Both the position numbers and the translations under genes were made by a program. The notes below the pieces were generated by a model. The model did not search any database. It was not told the DNA's origin and saw only the letters and a list, made by a program, of their open reading frames with translations. Positions 44,788 to 59,959 of a stretch of DNA of 64,000 nucleotides are shown piece by piece. Source of the DNA: the human T2T-CHM13v2.0 reference genome, Homo sapiens. The DNA is taken from assembly GCF_009914755.1 (NCBI RefSeq), contig NC_060935.1; one strand, 5' to 3'. Numbering within the stretch: position 1 is the stretch's first letter; the number at the start of each line of letters is the position of its first letter.

Positions 44788-46139
44788 AAATTTTAAATCC
44801 TCTGGACCATTTTGTCTCTCCTAGTTATGACGAATCACATCTTCCACTTTGTTCCAGTGAAATCATGGCTCAGGCTCCATTATAGAGCTGAGTTCATTTT
44901 CTGTTGCATTAAAGGTAGTTGACTTCAAGTGCATCTCTCCCATTTAAACTTTCTGAGGACAGAGACGACATCTCATTTATCTTCACTCCAGGGTGCATAA
45001 GAGTTTCCACTGTATGAGTTAAACATTGGTAGGAATTCCCTTTACACATATTGTAATTCAAAAATGAAGAATTATAAGGTGCCAAGTGAAGTTAAGACCA
45101 CGAGGTATCATCAGAGTTAGTGTAAAATCCAGTTTAAGTATTCAACTTACTCTGATTCAGCACTAGCTGTGTTTATGGTACTAGGAGAGGGATGAGGAAT
45201 TTAAACAATGACTAAAATAGTTTTTCTGTAAATCAATAAGCTTTATATAGAGAAACAAATCTCCATCAGTGACCTCTGGACAGCGACAGTAGAAAGAAGT
45301 ATGACTGACTCAGCATAACCGCAACAGGCCCAATAGTCTCACCTCTCTCTACAGGAATTTCGCAAGAGCCTGCTTTTTAGGGATGCGAAGTTATTTCCAA
45401 CAGTTATCTGGTTCTCCTCATCTCAGTAGACCAAGCTCACTTGTAACCCCATCTCCCATACACTGTATACTTTAACTGGGTTATTGCCTAGGTATACCAA
45501 GTTGATTAATACTCACTTCTCCCCATTTCCCCATTCCAGGTCCCACAGCAATTACTGCCCCACTCCGGGCTCAAGGAAGAAAGCAGTTCAGCATGAAGTA
45601 AACCAGCTGGAGCCCCAGTGTCAAAAATAAAGATCTAAAATATGTGTTCTTGGTAAAATTAAGTTTTAGTCATCTATAGCCTTTAAGTGCTCTGGATGAC
45701 CTCCAGCTGCTCAGCTAGAAGAAGGTCTATAAATGCATGATGTTACTTTCTTTACTGAGTGGTTAAAATTAGTATTTGTCTTAGGGCTATGCTGAATAAT
45801 TACAGTTAATTGAATTACAGAAATAGCTACATATAATATATATTTTTAATAGAAATAATGGGTATGGCCATTTTGTTTGGCTTTAAAGCTCCTTGCAATA
45901 TGATTTTAGTAAATGTGAGGGTTGAAAGTCTTTCATACCACTAGAGACTGTGGCATGAAAATGCTTCACTTTTTTTTCTTTTTACCCAGATTTAGTTCTA
46001 TGATTTTAACACATTTGAATTTGACCCATGAGGAATCTCTGAATATTTTCATTACATTACCAAACAATTGTTACAAAGTTTAAAACCATATGTAGTAAAT
46101 AATAGTACAGATAACATGCATATGTAGCTAATTTTGTTG

Positions 46140-46560
46140 GTCGGTCAGTTTGTGCCAGGCCTTATTCTAAATACTTTTTGTGAATCAACTCATCTAATCC
46201 TCACAACATCTCTAGGAGCAAGTACTATTCTTATGTGCACTTTGTAGATGAGAAAATATGGCCCAGAGAGGTTAAGCAATTTGCTCAAGGCCAAACAGCT
46301 AGTGAGCTGCAGAGCCAAGGTACTAATCTAGAAACTCTGGGCTGTAGAGTCTGCATCTTAACCACCAGGCTCTATTGCTTACCATGTGCCAGCTATTGGC
46401 TAAATGCTTAATCCTCATAAACCCTATGGATTGATGCTACCATTATGATCCCCATTTAATAATGAGGGAGCAGGCCCAACTAAGATGACTCTGCTAGCAA
46501 GTGGTTGAACCAGGCTTTTAAACTCAGTCCTGAGATCTTAAATACCACCCACTACTGCCT
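46140..46560 (-). mobile_element. Two tandem MIRs
   Basis: tgtgccagg...aatcctcacaac...agatgagaaa...gaggttaagcaatttgctcaagg, then a second degenerate copy. Confidence 0.75.
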
Positions 46561-46750
46561 CCTAGAAGAGATGGTAGGCTTATTTTTTCAATCTCATATA
46601 GCATTAGAGATTAAATAGATTTTAAAGAAATGAGAAATGATTTACTCAAAGAGTACAGTGATTATTTGGTCAAAATCATCTAAAATATTTAAATAATGTT
46701 AAGCTAATTATTAGATTTTTTCCAAAACATTAAATACTATTAAGTTACTA

Positions 46751-47170
<420 letters not shown>

Positions 47171-47758
47171 TTAGGGTGGTAATTCATCTGTTTCTGCAAC
47201 TCCTCAGAGTAACTATAATAATCTCAAGAGATACGAGAACATTTCAAGAACATAAATTTTAACTTATTTTGGCTACTGCAAGCATAAAATGTCATGTAAT
47301 ATTGGGTACAACACATAAGAATATAACCAAACTTTAAACATATCACAACATTATAAAAATATAATTGTTATATTAGTACAGATTATTTTAATTATTATTT
47401 ATATTACTATTTTGCCAAATGAGAGGATTCACCATTTGTATCTGAAAAATTAGTATTAATATGCTAGCTAAGTTATCATGACCCAGTAAGATTAAAAATT
47501 TATAGAAAAACATAGATGACTGTTAATATTTTTGTTTTTAAGGATGTTTCTACATAAATCTACTCTTTCCTTCTTATCTGAGTTCATATTTAGAGTACTG
47601 GTTTCCTTTACCCTTTGTAACCACTACTGTAGGATTTTAAATCTCTTGGTAAGCACTGAATGTCAGAGGTTAAAGAGTTCATCATACGACTATCGTGGCA
47701 TAAACTTCAGTCAGATGGTTTGTCACTAGTGTCTGTGAGTCATTTATATTTTGATTAC

Positions 47759-47928
47759 CTTTAGGGCCTTTGAACAGTTTGATTTCCACAACGGTCTCCA
47801 AAATAGGTCGTCTTCTACGCACATACAGCCGAACGATAGACCCTGCTTCCTTCAGGGCTTCCACCGCTTTACTGTGGGAAACCTCTGACACATCAACCTC
47901 ATTCACCCGCAAGATACAATCATTGACC
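47759..47928 (-). CDS. DLG2: DLG2 (PSD-93) internal coding exon, 170 bp, phase 2 in / phase 1 out; C-terminal half of PDZ1, linker and first strand of PDZ2
   Basis: Translation (R)[56 protein letters not shown](G) matches DLG2. Minus-strand acceptor ttgactcttttccttccttgcag|G and donor AAG|gtaatc. Length is 1+56x3+1 nt. Confidence 0.97.
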
Positions 47929-48474
47929 CTGCAAGGAAGGAAAAGAGTCAAGATTCAGAAGTGGCTAGCAGGATTTCTTAAAGAATATTATTATGTTTAT
48001 CTGACCTTAAGAAGTGGGAAAGTAAAGAATCTAAAAAATTTTAAAATATTTAAATTTGGAAGGATGCTTCAAATGAAGGAAATCTAAAAAATGTCAAACT
48101 ACTCAAGCCTCTTAGCCTTCTTCCTAACCACTTTTGACCATACTACTGGTCAGTTCCCATCCTAAACTCCAGTCCACTTTGACTGGGACTGCTTACACAT
48201 ACGGCATAGTTAGAAGGGCATGTATTTTAAGGCCTCTGTAAGTTACATCATTATTTTAATTGGTTTGACTGAAAGTTACAATTTGAGTGGTTCTCAGAAC
48301 TTACTACCATGAACTATATAGACATAACAAATACAATTATTTACAGACTAATTTTCTCAAATTTTTAATTTACTAGTTATAAAAGTAATAAGTAATCATT
48401 TTCAAATATCTGAAAAATATAAAAAGGTAGAAGAAAAAATATACTTGACTCAATCATCTAAAATAAACCTATTA

Positions 48475-48767
48475 GGTTGGGTGCGGTGGCTCATGCCTGT
48501 AATCCCAGCACTTTGGGAGGCCAAGGTGGCAGGATCACCTGAGGTCAGGGGTTCGAGACCAGCCTGACCAATATGGTGAAACCCCGTCTCTACCAAAAAT
48601 ACAAAAATTAGCTGGGCATGGTGGTGTGTGCCTGTAGTTCAGCTACTTGGGAGGCTGAGAAAAGAGAATTGCTTGAATCCCGAGGGTGGAGGTTGCAGTG
48701 AGCCGAGATCACGCCACTATACTCCAGCCTGGGAGACAGAGCGGGACTCCATCTCAAAAAAAGAAAA
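48475..48767 (+). mobile_element. AluS (Sx/Sz-like)
   Basis: Full dimer with ggatcacctgaggtc. Confidence 0.95.
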
Positions 48768-49179
48768 TAGTAATAATAATAAATTAAATAAGTCTGTCAG
48801 CTTTCTGGCAAATTATCTTCCAGTGTTTCCCCACCCTCCTCTCCACCTCGATTCATCTTATAATATTATAAATACTGAAGTTCAGATTTACAAAGTTCAA
48901 GGAGAACCTCAGATAATCCTGTTCCTAGGTGCTTACTTTGAAAATTAAGAACCACAACAAATTCTACATCAAACTTTCCTCTTTTTTTTTTTCATTTTCA
49001 CATGGAAAGGAATAATTTGACATTTCCATAAACCTTTCCAGGTAGTTTAAAGTTATGTGGCCATCGACTCCAAATATATTTTATTTTCATGATAATAATT
49101 AGTGATAACATTAATAATGGTTAAGAGCACGGGGCTTGAGATTACAAAAATTTCTTTCCCTCACTCTGTATATTCATTC

Positions 49180-49790
49180 TAGTGTCCCCAATCTCAGATC
49201 ACCATGTTGCTCAGAGTCAAAAATGAGGGGCCTCCTTTGCTTGATGCTTCTTTTCCCCCTCCACCAAGCAGTCAGTTCTACCTGCAAGTATAGCCTCAGT
49301 CCATCTAGGTTTCTTCATCTTCATTGCTACCACCCTGGTTGAAATCAACATCGTCTCTCACGTGAACCACCTCCACAAACGCCGACCTAGCCTTCTTGGA
49401 TTCTCTCTTGTTACCTTTCAATCCATTCACTACACAGTGGCCAGGGTACAGTGAACATGGTTGGTTTGCTTACTCAACTTGCATTCCCCACTTCCTCCTT
49501 CCAAACAGTGTCCCGTTTTGTTCAGGGGATCTTTCCTTAGCAAATATTTGTTGAATGTGTGAAAGAATAAGACTAAGTTCAATGATTGGGCCCTCCATTT
49601 CCTAAGTTTGTAACCATAGTTAATTTCCTTAGCCTCTCTAAGCCTTATTATATTCTCATCTGTAAATTGGATATAATAGTAATATCTATCAGGAAGCCTT
49701 TTGGGGAAGATTAAATGAGATAAAGCACATATAAGCACTTAGTACATACTCTCTTATGTAATGAACACCTAATAAATGTTTGTTATTGAT
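49180..49790 (+). mobile_element. L2 fragment followed by MIR
   Basis: caatccattc...cacagtggccag; ctcatctgtaaa...gaagattaaatgagata. Confidence 0.7.
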
Positions 49791-51503
49791 AACAGTGCAA
49801 TATTTGTTGATTTATAATATTCTCAACTATTGGATACTCCCTATAACTTTGTGGAATAAAACTTATTATCTACATTATAGAAATGAGAAGACTTCCAAGT
49901 GATTAAGTCCTCTGCTTAAAGCTGTCAGCAATTTGAGCAGAGATTGGATTTGATTTCAGGTCCTCCTATTTCAAAATTTGAGCTTTTCCCTCTTAGGACC
50001 ACATACATCTAATGTGATGAATAGTTTCATGTATGTTGTGTATATCAATTCAAAATGATGACTACAATGATAATATTATATGAAAAGTATGGGAAGAATT
50101 TTGTATCTGTTTTTGTGCATAACTTTTCTATACCTGTTTAGTTATAGGAACTCTTGCCTCAGTAAGAACACAGAGCAGTCTCAAAATCTTGAGATGGAAT
50201 ATTTCACTTCCTAAGATTCGGCAATGTCATTTCATCATAACAGATGCTATGGCTTTAATAGACTTACACATACATTTCCTCTCTGATTGACAAAAAAAAA
50301 AAAAAGGGAAACTACCAATTAAAATAGTTTTGAGAATGTAGGCATCATGGGTGCCAGCTGCCCTGCAGCAGCTGGTCCTTTGAGAGTGGGTAATTTTGCC
50401 ATCTCATGATAATACAAAACATAATGTTTACCATCACTCTATGCTCAGAATACTAATTATATCTTAAAACACTGCTTTTCATAGAAGGGAGTGGCTGACA
50501 TTTAAAAAAAATTCTGGAGGCTATATATATCTATTCAAACTCTATTTTTTTCCTTTTGTATACAGTGGGATCCTTAATTGTCAATTGCTGGTGTGAGAAA
50601 ATCGTAGCCTAAATCAGATGTTCATTCCTGAATATGTGGATCAAGTAGGCAGCTTTAGGACTAGCAGTCAGGAGGCCTGGATTTGAGTCTCAGTTCTTCA
50701 TCAACTGTGGGACCACGGTGAGGCCACTTTATCTTTTTGAACTTCAGTATCCCATAAAAGGAGAGAGACTATGTCCAGAGTCAGTGAGAGCAGTAACTGT
50801 ACTGTATAGTACTGTGCAGGAGAGTACCCATAGCTGATGTGTGGAGATGTGTACATTGTAACCTACCATAGATGTGAAAGTTCTTGCTATTGAGTGGATC
50901 AAAGATGTGCTCAAGTATTTGTTCAAATGTGAACAGATTGGAAATTTAAACTTTTAAAGGACATACTATGTGCAATATCAGCCAGTCATTTCACTTATTT
51001 GTTCTTACTTAAACAATTTATAAAGTATGGATCCCATTTTAAAGACAGTGGAATTTTACTGACAAGGTCAAAGTGTTGGTGAAAACAGGGACATAATTTC
51101 AACCTGTTTTTACTTTTTCTAGAGCTTCTACTGATACAAAGATACTCAGACACTCAGAGTTGATTGTTTTAATTTTTTTTTTTTTTAATGGTGGTGTTTG
51201 TAGGGGAGGTGGGGTAGTTTACATTCAAATTCTCAAAATAGAGAGGAAAGTATGTCAGGCCAAACTAGGGCACTCAACTTCCCTTCCTCCCAGAAACTTG
51301 AAATAGATTTTGGCTAGAGGGTCATAGCTATTTAAAATTAATTTGCTCTCTTTACCAGTAGATAAACTTTGTGAGTAAAGCCACCAACTGTATTCATTTT
51401 GAAGCATGTAAGTATATAATTAGCTTCAAAGTCAAGGAATACTTTGTCACAGTAACAAATGCAGGCTTTATCATATTTCTGAGGGACATTGTTTTATGAA
51501 GCC

Positions 51504-51560
51504 GTGAGTTCAAGACCAGCCTGGGCATCAAAAGCGATACTCCATCTCTAAAAAACAAAA
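51504..51560 (+). mobile_element. Short Alu/FLAM left-arm fragment
   Basis: gagttcaagaccagcctgggca...ccatctctaaaaaac. Confidence 0.8.
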
Positions 51561-51996
51561 TGTTGTTTACATATACAGACTTACTCTCCAATCTCACTCT
51601 ACCAATCTAATTAAGTTGACAGTTTCACTCTTAGTACTTGATGTTATACACGTAAGTCTACAGTATTCATCTGCAGCAATTTCACCTTGTAAACCAGAAT
51701 TGTCTGTAATATCCGCAGATTAATTTTAATATTCTTTCTAGAATTTCCTTTAGAAATTTTGGTGCATTCCTTGCCAAAAATATTTTAGAAACAAAAAGGA
51801 TAGTCTATCGTTAGCCCGTATTCAAGGAGTCACATCTAAATTTTGCACTAAATCAAGTATTTTCTAAAATGGTATAGCATCACTGAAAAGTAAAATAATA
51901 TTTAGTGAGTTATTTGTTCTACTTTGACAATATAATTTAAAGTAACAGGTAATATCTACTCTCTCAAGGTACTAAAATATTTTCTGCAGTGTGACT

Positions 51997-52577
51997 ATTC
52001 CTCAGGGATCTAGAACTAGAAATACCATTTGACCCAGCCATCCCATTACTGGGTATATACCCAAAGGATTATAAATCATGCTGCTATAAAGACACATGCA
52101 CACGTATGTTTATTGCGGCACTATTCACAATAGCAAAGACTTGGAACCAACCCAAATGTCCATCAATGATAGACTGGATTAAGAAAATATGGCATACATA
52201 CACCATGGAATACTGTGCAGCCATAAAAAATGATGAGCTCATGTCCTTTGTAGGGACATGGATGAAGCTGGAAACCATCAATCTCAGCAAACTATCACAA
52301 GGATAAAAAACCAAACACTGCATGATCTCACTCATAGGTGGGAATTGAACAATGAGAACACATGGACACAGGAAGGGGGACATCATACACCGGGGCCTGT
52401 TGTGGGGTGGGGGGCTGGGGGAGGGATAGCATTAGGAGATATACCTAATGTAAATGATGAGTTAATGCGTACAGCACACCAACATAGCACATGAATACAT
52501 GTGTAACAAACCTGCACGTTGTGCACATGTACCCTAGAACTTAAAGTATAATAAGAATATATATATATAACAAAAAA
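51997..52577 (+). mobile_element. L1PA4/5 3' end
   Basis: ORF2 end ([27 protein letters not shown]) plus 3'UTR. Confidence 0.93.
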
Positions 52578-53282
52578 ATTTTTCCGCCATTGAAGTAAGA
52601 TTTGTGATTTTACGCATTTTTAAGTATGTTAACTCATTTAAAATGATCATCAAGTCATAGTAAGTGTTAAAAATTAAAAAATTCCCATACATTATGCATA
52701 AAACACACTGAAGAGAAAGATAACGAAGTTTTAATTTGGGTCCTTTGTGGGTATGGAGATTATGAGCGCTTTAAAAAGCACATTTCTACTTTTATGTTTC
52801 TTTCAAATGTTTTATACTGGACATATATCACAGCACAGAACCTAAGAACATGGCTTGGGAGGCTTGGTCACAGCCAGATAGATCTGGGATCTCACCACAG
52901 CTCTAAAACTTGGGAGCTCTGTGACTACAGACAAGTCACTTGACATCTCAAAGCCTCAGTTTCTTCATCTGAAAATAGGGATAATGAGATTGTTATTGAT
53001 TGATTGTTATTGTTATTGAGAGAACGCATGTGAAATACATAGCGTAGTCCCTGAAAAACAGTAAGCATCAAAAATGTTAGCTATCATTACGAAAAAGAGA
53101 CAAGAAGCATTTGCATAAGAGAATATATAAAGAGACTATAGTGAGGGAAAAATACTAAAGGGAGAAAAAGAAAGAGCTACAGTCAAGATGCTGAAAGTGT
53201 TTTTAAAATTTTGTATAAGAAAGGGAGGAAGAGAAGAAAAGAATGGGATTTTCAGGAAGAAAAATATAAAAATAGAGCTTTT

Positions 53283-54680
53283 ACAGCAAGGTACTGGTAC
53301 AAAAACAGACACACAGACCACTGGAACAGAATAGGGAATCTAGAAATAATGCTGCACACCTACAGCCATCTGATTTTCAACAACATTGACAAAAACAAGC
53401 AATGGGGAAAGGACTCCCTATTCAATAAATGGTGCTGAGATAACTGGACAGTCATATGCAGAAGATTGCAATTGGACCTCTTCCTTAAACAATCTGTAAA
53501 AATAATCTCGAGATGAATTAAAGACTTAAATATAAAACCTAAACATATAAAAACCCTGGAAGATAACCTAGGAAATATTATTTTGGACATAGGACCTGGC
53601 AAAGATTTCATGATAAAGATGCCAAAAGCAATTACAACAAAACCAAAAATTGACAAATGGGACCTAATCAAACTAAAGAGCTTCTGCACAGCAAAAGAAA
53701 CTACCAACAGAGTAAACAGACAACCTACAGAATGGAAGAAAATATTTGCAAGCTACTCATTCAACAAAGGTCTAATATCTAGAATCTATAAGGAACTTAA
53801 ATTTACAAGAAAAAACCAAATAACACCATTAAAAAGTGCATAAAGGACATGAACAGACACTTTTCAAAAGAAGACATAGACATGGCCAGCAAGCATATGA
53901 AAAAATGCTCAACATTACTAATCATTAGAGAAATGCAAATCAAAACCACAATGGGGTAACATCTCACACCAATCTGAATGACTATTATTAAAAAGGCAAA
54001 AAATAACAGATGCTGGCAAGGTTGTGAAGAAAAGGGAATGCTTATAATTGTTGGTGGGAGTGTAAATTAGTTCAGCCATTGTGGAAAGGAGTTTGGGGAT
54101 TTCTCAAGAACTTAAAACAAAATTACCATTCAACCTAGAAATCCCCTTATTGGGTATTATATCCAAAGGAATATAAATTATTCTACCGTTAAGATATATG
54201 CACACATATGTTCAACACAGCACCATTCACAATAGCAAAGACATAGACTCAATCTAAATGCCCATCAACAGCAGACTGGATTTTTAAAAATGTGGTACAT
54301 ATATACAATGGAATACTATGCAGCCATAAAAGTAATGAGATCATGTCCTTTACAGCAACACAGATGGAGCTGCAGGCCATTATCCTAAGCAATCTAACAC
54401 AGGAACAGAAAACCAAATACTTCATGATCTCATTTATGTAAGTGGGAGCTAAACTTGGAGTACGTATGGACACAAAGAGGGGAACAACATTTACTGGGTC
54501 CTACTTGAGAGTGGAAGTTGGGATGAGGGTGAGCACTGAAAAACTAGCTATCAGGTATTATGCTTATTACCAGGTTTCAGAATAAGCTATACACCAAACC
54601 CCTACGACATGCAATTCACCTATATAACAAACATGCACATGTACCCCCGAAACTAAAGGTTTAAAAAAAGAAAAAAATAA
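53283..54680 (+). mobile_element. L1PA15/16-like 5'-truncated L1
   Basis: ORF2 fragments ([15 protein letters not shown]; [16 protein letters not shown]) and an older-type 3'UTR. Confidence 0.9.
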
Positions 54681-54917
54681 TAAATGCATATTCACCTAAA
54701 TATTAGAGCTTAAATAAGTCTTGTTTGATGAAGTACAATGTAATTTCCTTTTCATATTTCCCTTCCCTTGCCCACAGTAAAACTTATAGTTGTTTTGATA
54801 TACAAACTTTACCTTTTATGGAAGCCTTGGTTAAAGATTCTGACCAGCACACTTAACTCAACCACACCTAACTGCACTCAGACCTCCTCAAGTTTTTATT
54901 CAAAAGTAGGTGTTTGG

Positions 54918-55290
<373 letters not shown>

Positions 55291-55513
55291 CTAATTACCT
55301 TGCGCTTTACTGTTTCTATCAGTAGTATTCTCTTTCTTCAAATAAATGAATTAATTACAGACCAAAGGGCCACATCATGAAGAAAGCTGATCAATGTTTA
55401 ATGTGCTGTATGAAGTGTAAAAATGCATGATGAAATTTTAAAAAACCACTAGCTAAGGAATTAGACTGCATGCACTTAAAGATAACAATCAATCACTTAA
55501 AAAACTTTCAGTC

Positions 55514-55800
<287 letters not shown>

Positions 55801-55993
55801 TCAGAATCTGTTCAAAAGGAATAATTCCACACATTTTATGTCAATTATAATGAAAACAGAAGTTATGAAAAGGGTCTTGTTTTTCTTCTATTCCTGAAGT
55901 CATTAAAGGTAGGTTATGAACAAATAATAGAAGCCAAAACCTTATTAAGACAAGTAGTTTATGCTCACAGAGAGGAGAAAATAATACACCCCC

Positions 55994-55997
55994 CACC

Positions 55998-56028
<31 letters not shown>
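55994..56028. repeat. (CA)n microsatellite
   Basis: Direct read. Confidence 0.92.
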
Positions 56029-56383
56029 GGCTGACTCAAATGACTTCAAATCATAATGGCCTGCCATAATACATATACTTAATTATGTCTGCCTGTTATC
56101 TCACTCTTCCTTTTATGAAGTACATGGAAGTGTTACTGGGGATCTTTAAAGTCCATCACCAGTTAAGGTTCTCCCTTGTTGAAACTTCTCACCCTAATGA
56201 TCTGTATATTTCACTGACCTCATTAGGCATTATTAGTTTATTAAAAATAAAAAATAAAAGAATAAAAATCAGCATAATTTAGCATTTTTCCAAGAAAGGA
56301 AGAGGAATGTTTTAGAGGCATCTGATATGGGCCAATGTAGTAATATCTATGAGGCTTTTTTTTCCAGCAAACATCCACATGGT

Positions 56384-56803
56384 TGTAGGAGGAGTGACAA
56401 GCTTATATGGCTTAACCTGGTTCACTTGTCAAGTCTGGCCAGTCCTGCTTTTGGGAATGTGGAATTGAAACCATGAGACTCAGAGGTTCTATGTGACCAG
56501 AAGAAATAGAAACTTGAGAGCTTAATATTAGAGGCCATTTTCTTCCATGTTGACTATAAAATTTCAAAAGACTATCTCCAAAAAGATGGGGAATAAAGTA
56601 GATCTATAGGAAGAAGTATGGGCTTCGGACAGAAGGAGGAATTCCTCTAACACCTGACAGTGTCTCAGTCCATGGCTATTCTTCCCAGCGCTTAATTGTC
56701 CAGTTTGAGAAGATACTTCAAATGTCCTTCTAATTAATTCTCCCTTTTGAGTAAGTAAGCTGGTGGGTCTTTTACTTGCCAACAAATATTTCTGATTAAT
56801 ACA
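56384..56803 (+). mobile_element. Old MLT1-type LTR
   Basis: Ends ...ttacttgccaac...ctgattaataca, a typical MLT1 terminus; 5' boundary uncertain. Confidence 0.55.
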
Positions 56804-56969
56804 GGCAGACTTTGTGACCAGTACTTTACATGTGTTATCTCCCTTAGCTCATTCCTTTTTCCCTTTTAAAACTTAATTCAAGCTTATCTCATCTTCTAGG
56901 ATGCCATCTTTGGCCCAGTTATTTGCTCCAGTGTTCCTCCATTAGGTACTTAGTGAAAAATATTAATAC

Positions 56970-57125
56970 AGCAAATAAAAATACAGGACAATCAGTTGAA
57001 TTTCAATTTCAGATAAACATTAGTAATTATTATTTAGATAAACACATACATTTTAGTATAAGTATGTTCCATTGAAATTAAAATTTAACTAGGAATTCAA
57101 ATTTATAAAAATACAGTATTTATAA
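56970..57125. mobile_element. MER53 hAT MITE (internally deleted)
   Basis: gcaaataaaaatacaggac...atttcagataaaca...ttttagtataagtatg. Confidence 0.8.
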
Positions 57126-57471
57126 AAGCACTCATTATACTGAGTTTATTTGTTTTATTCGAATAGCATTAATGCCTGGCACCTAGTGGGAAAAGTTTGT
57201 ATTATATACTATGTTATATAGTCTTTAATGTAAATAGAAACACTGAAAAGTAGATATTGTCGCCTTCATTCCACAGTAGAAACTAAAGTTGAAATAGGTT
57301 TGTAATGACAGGTAAATGATGTCTAGGAAATCTCAAAGTTCATGCCCTATACCATCTACACTTCTCTGGTTTGTTAAAAATGATTTTGCGACTTACTTAA
57401 GGACCCACTGTCAGTCGGGTCCAGGACCATACTGTAAACCAGTAGAGCCAAGCCAAGTAACAAAATCTAGA

Positions 57472-57646
57472 TCAATCTTTCTCACACTTTGGGGAGGGCT
57501 TGTTAAACTATACATTACCACTGAGCTTCCCCCTCCAGAGGTGCTGATTCAGTAGGTCTAGAGCAGGAGAGAAGAGTCACATTTCTAACACGTTCCTAGG
57601 TGATCCTGGTAATGCTGGACTGAGACCATACTCCAAAAACCACTGC
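57472..57646. mobile_element. MER5A hAT-Charlie
   Basis: ctgattcagtaggtct...catttctaaca...aaccactgctctag. Confidence 0.8.
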
Positions 57647-59514
57647 TCTAGGTTTTGAAGGGTCATTCTACTTGGCTCATGTATGATTCATTCCAAAATA
57701 AACAGAAATACTCAATCTTATGTAGACCCAACTGAGTATGTGATAAAAGTCCTGAGCTCTGACTCCAAACCCAACCCCTCTATTTGCAGCTTTTCATTAT
57801 TTGGAACAAAGCCTCTAAGGGAACCTGGACCAGGAGACCACAGCTGCCATAATGTGTAAGGCTGTGGACATGCAAACCATTTTCCAGCACTCATTTTCTA
57901 CCTGAAACTCTTTTACTGACTCCCTTCCTTCAGCTAAGACCAACTGATAGCCTCTTCATTCCACATTTAAAAAATAGGGCTTCTGCTCTCGTCTCTAACT
58001 CTGAATGAGAGTAACTCGGGTTTATGATCCATAGAAGCCATCTCCTACAGTGAATGTACTGTTTTTCCCCTCTATTTGCCACTTCATTTCCCTTCTATAA
58101 AATGCTTGCAGGACTCTCTGCAGCTGTCATCTGGGAAGCATCACAGCTTTCCACAATGGGGACAGAAATTGCTATTTCAGCATCAGTGATTGGTCTTTTG
58201 GCACTTTCCTGGAAAAGCAGAGGCCAGTAACAAATTTCAAGCTAGGCTACTTAATGGGTACAACATGGAAAAGAGACATTGAATAGAAATTCCAAAGTGA
58301 GAGGGTCATGGGACTGGAGATTACTTAGCCCGCTCAGTTCAATACTGTGTCCACTGACAGGACTGCTTGTCAACTTTCAAGAGATGAGGTGCTGGTACCT
58401 ACCACCTGGATTACTACAGTAGCTTCCTAGCTAGTTTTCCTGATGCCAGGCTAATTAGCCCCTCTCCATTTCATTCAAACACACAAAACCAGGTTCAACT
58501 TCCTAAGGCAACCCTTTTATCATTTCATTTCCCCTCTAAATTCAAGAGATTTGTAACATATATAAAATTAAAACTGTGGTTAATCTTTGTATTACCAGTG
58601 TCAGGTACACAGTTGTCACATAAGAAAAAATTAGCATCATTGTATGACTTCTAAACCAACCCCCTTTTTATACCTCTTACTGCCTGCTCCAGCCAGGACA
58701 CTATATTTTGTTTCATGTTGCTTTCCGTCTCTCAAACGTTCAACCAAAGCTAGCATCATTCAAAGGCAAGTTCACACTCCATAGCCCATGAAATGTTTCC
58801 AAATCACTCAAGGCTTTATTGTCCATAATGTCCCAATTGCAAATACATGGCAGATTCTCATCAAGAAGCTATAGATTTATTTGTTACCTGCATAGAACCT
58901 AAAATAGTGAGTACTACACATTAAGAAATACATTTAACAATGCTGGATTTGATTTCCTATTTTCCTCTACTCAAATCTACTCCAATCCCAGAAATAGATG
59001 TAGATCAACATATATGGAATTCATAATTGTACATTTTCTCAGTCAAGTTCAATTTGGCATTAAATTGATGAACATTTCAGTGAAAAGTTGAGAACAACAA
59101 GGAGCATGGCATGGTGGGAAGAACACTGGGTTATAAGCTAGATATGAATTCTAATCCTGGGTTTCTGCCACTTTCCAGTTCAAGTCAATTTTTTTTCTCT
59201 GTGTGTTTGAGTACAGTGATCTTAAAATTCTCTTCTAGCTCTGGTGTTCTATAAACCTAAATTCAAGGTCAACCCAGCCTGGCACCTATCTTTACTTGGA
59301 AGTTGACAGTACATCTCAAATGGAGCAGAGTCTGAAATTAATCTTATCTCTTCCCCATAGACAACCCTTTACTTCACTTTTAATTCTCCATCAAGACAAA
59401 TAATTTCATCACCAGAAAGGGAGGAGTGTTCCTTCTTTTTTAGCCACACATCCAATCTATCACATTTTAACATATTTTTATTTTAAAATTTTTCATTTTT
59501 AGTTAATTAATTAC

Positions 59515-59959
59515 TTTGTATTTATTTATTGTTTTTGAGAAGGGTCTCATTCTGTTGCCCCAGCTGTAGTGCAGTGGCACAATCACGACGCACTGAAACC
59601 TCTGCCTTCCAGGCTCAAGCTGCCTCCTACCTCAGCCTCCCATGTGGTTGGAACTACGAGTGCACACCATCACACTGGCTTTTTTTTTATTTTTATTTTT
59701 TGTATTTCTTGTAGAGATGGGGTTTTGCCATGTTGCCCAGGCTGGTCACAAACTCCTGAGCTCAAGTGATCCACCCACCTCAGCCTCCCAAAGTGCTGGG
59801 ATTACAGGCGCGAGCTACCATGCCTGGCCTGAACCTTTTTATTTTTAAAGATGGGGGTCTTGCTCTGTGGCCCAGGTTGAAGTTCAGTGGCAGGATCATA
59901 GCTCAGCGCAGCCTTGAACTCCTGGGCTCAATTATCCTCCTGCCTCAGCCTCCTGAGTA
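59515..59959 (-). mobile_element. AluJ (59515-59829) plus adjacent AluJ right-arm/FRAM fragment (59836-59959)
   Basis: Antisense Alu sequence with J-type ctcctgggctcaa. Confidence 0.9.

Noticed and set aside
47682-47951. 89-aa ORF as a standalone gene
   Set aside because: Only 47759-47928 is exon; the flanking residues are intron read-through. The overlapping plus-strand ORF 47770-48087 is its antisense shadow.
54680-54712. Possible 3' transduction after the L1PA15/16 tail, ending at tagagctt
   Set aside because: The TSD match is short and the element is too old to distinguish this from tail decay.
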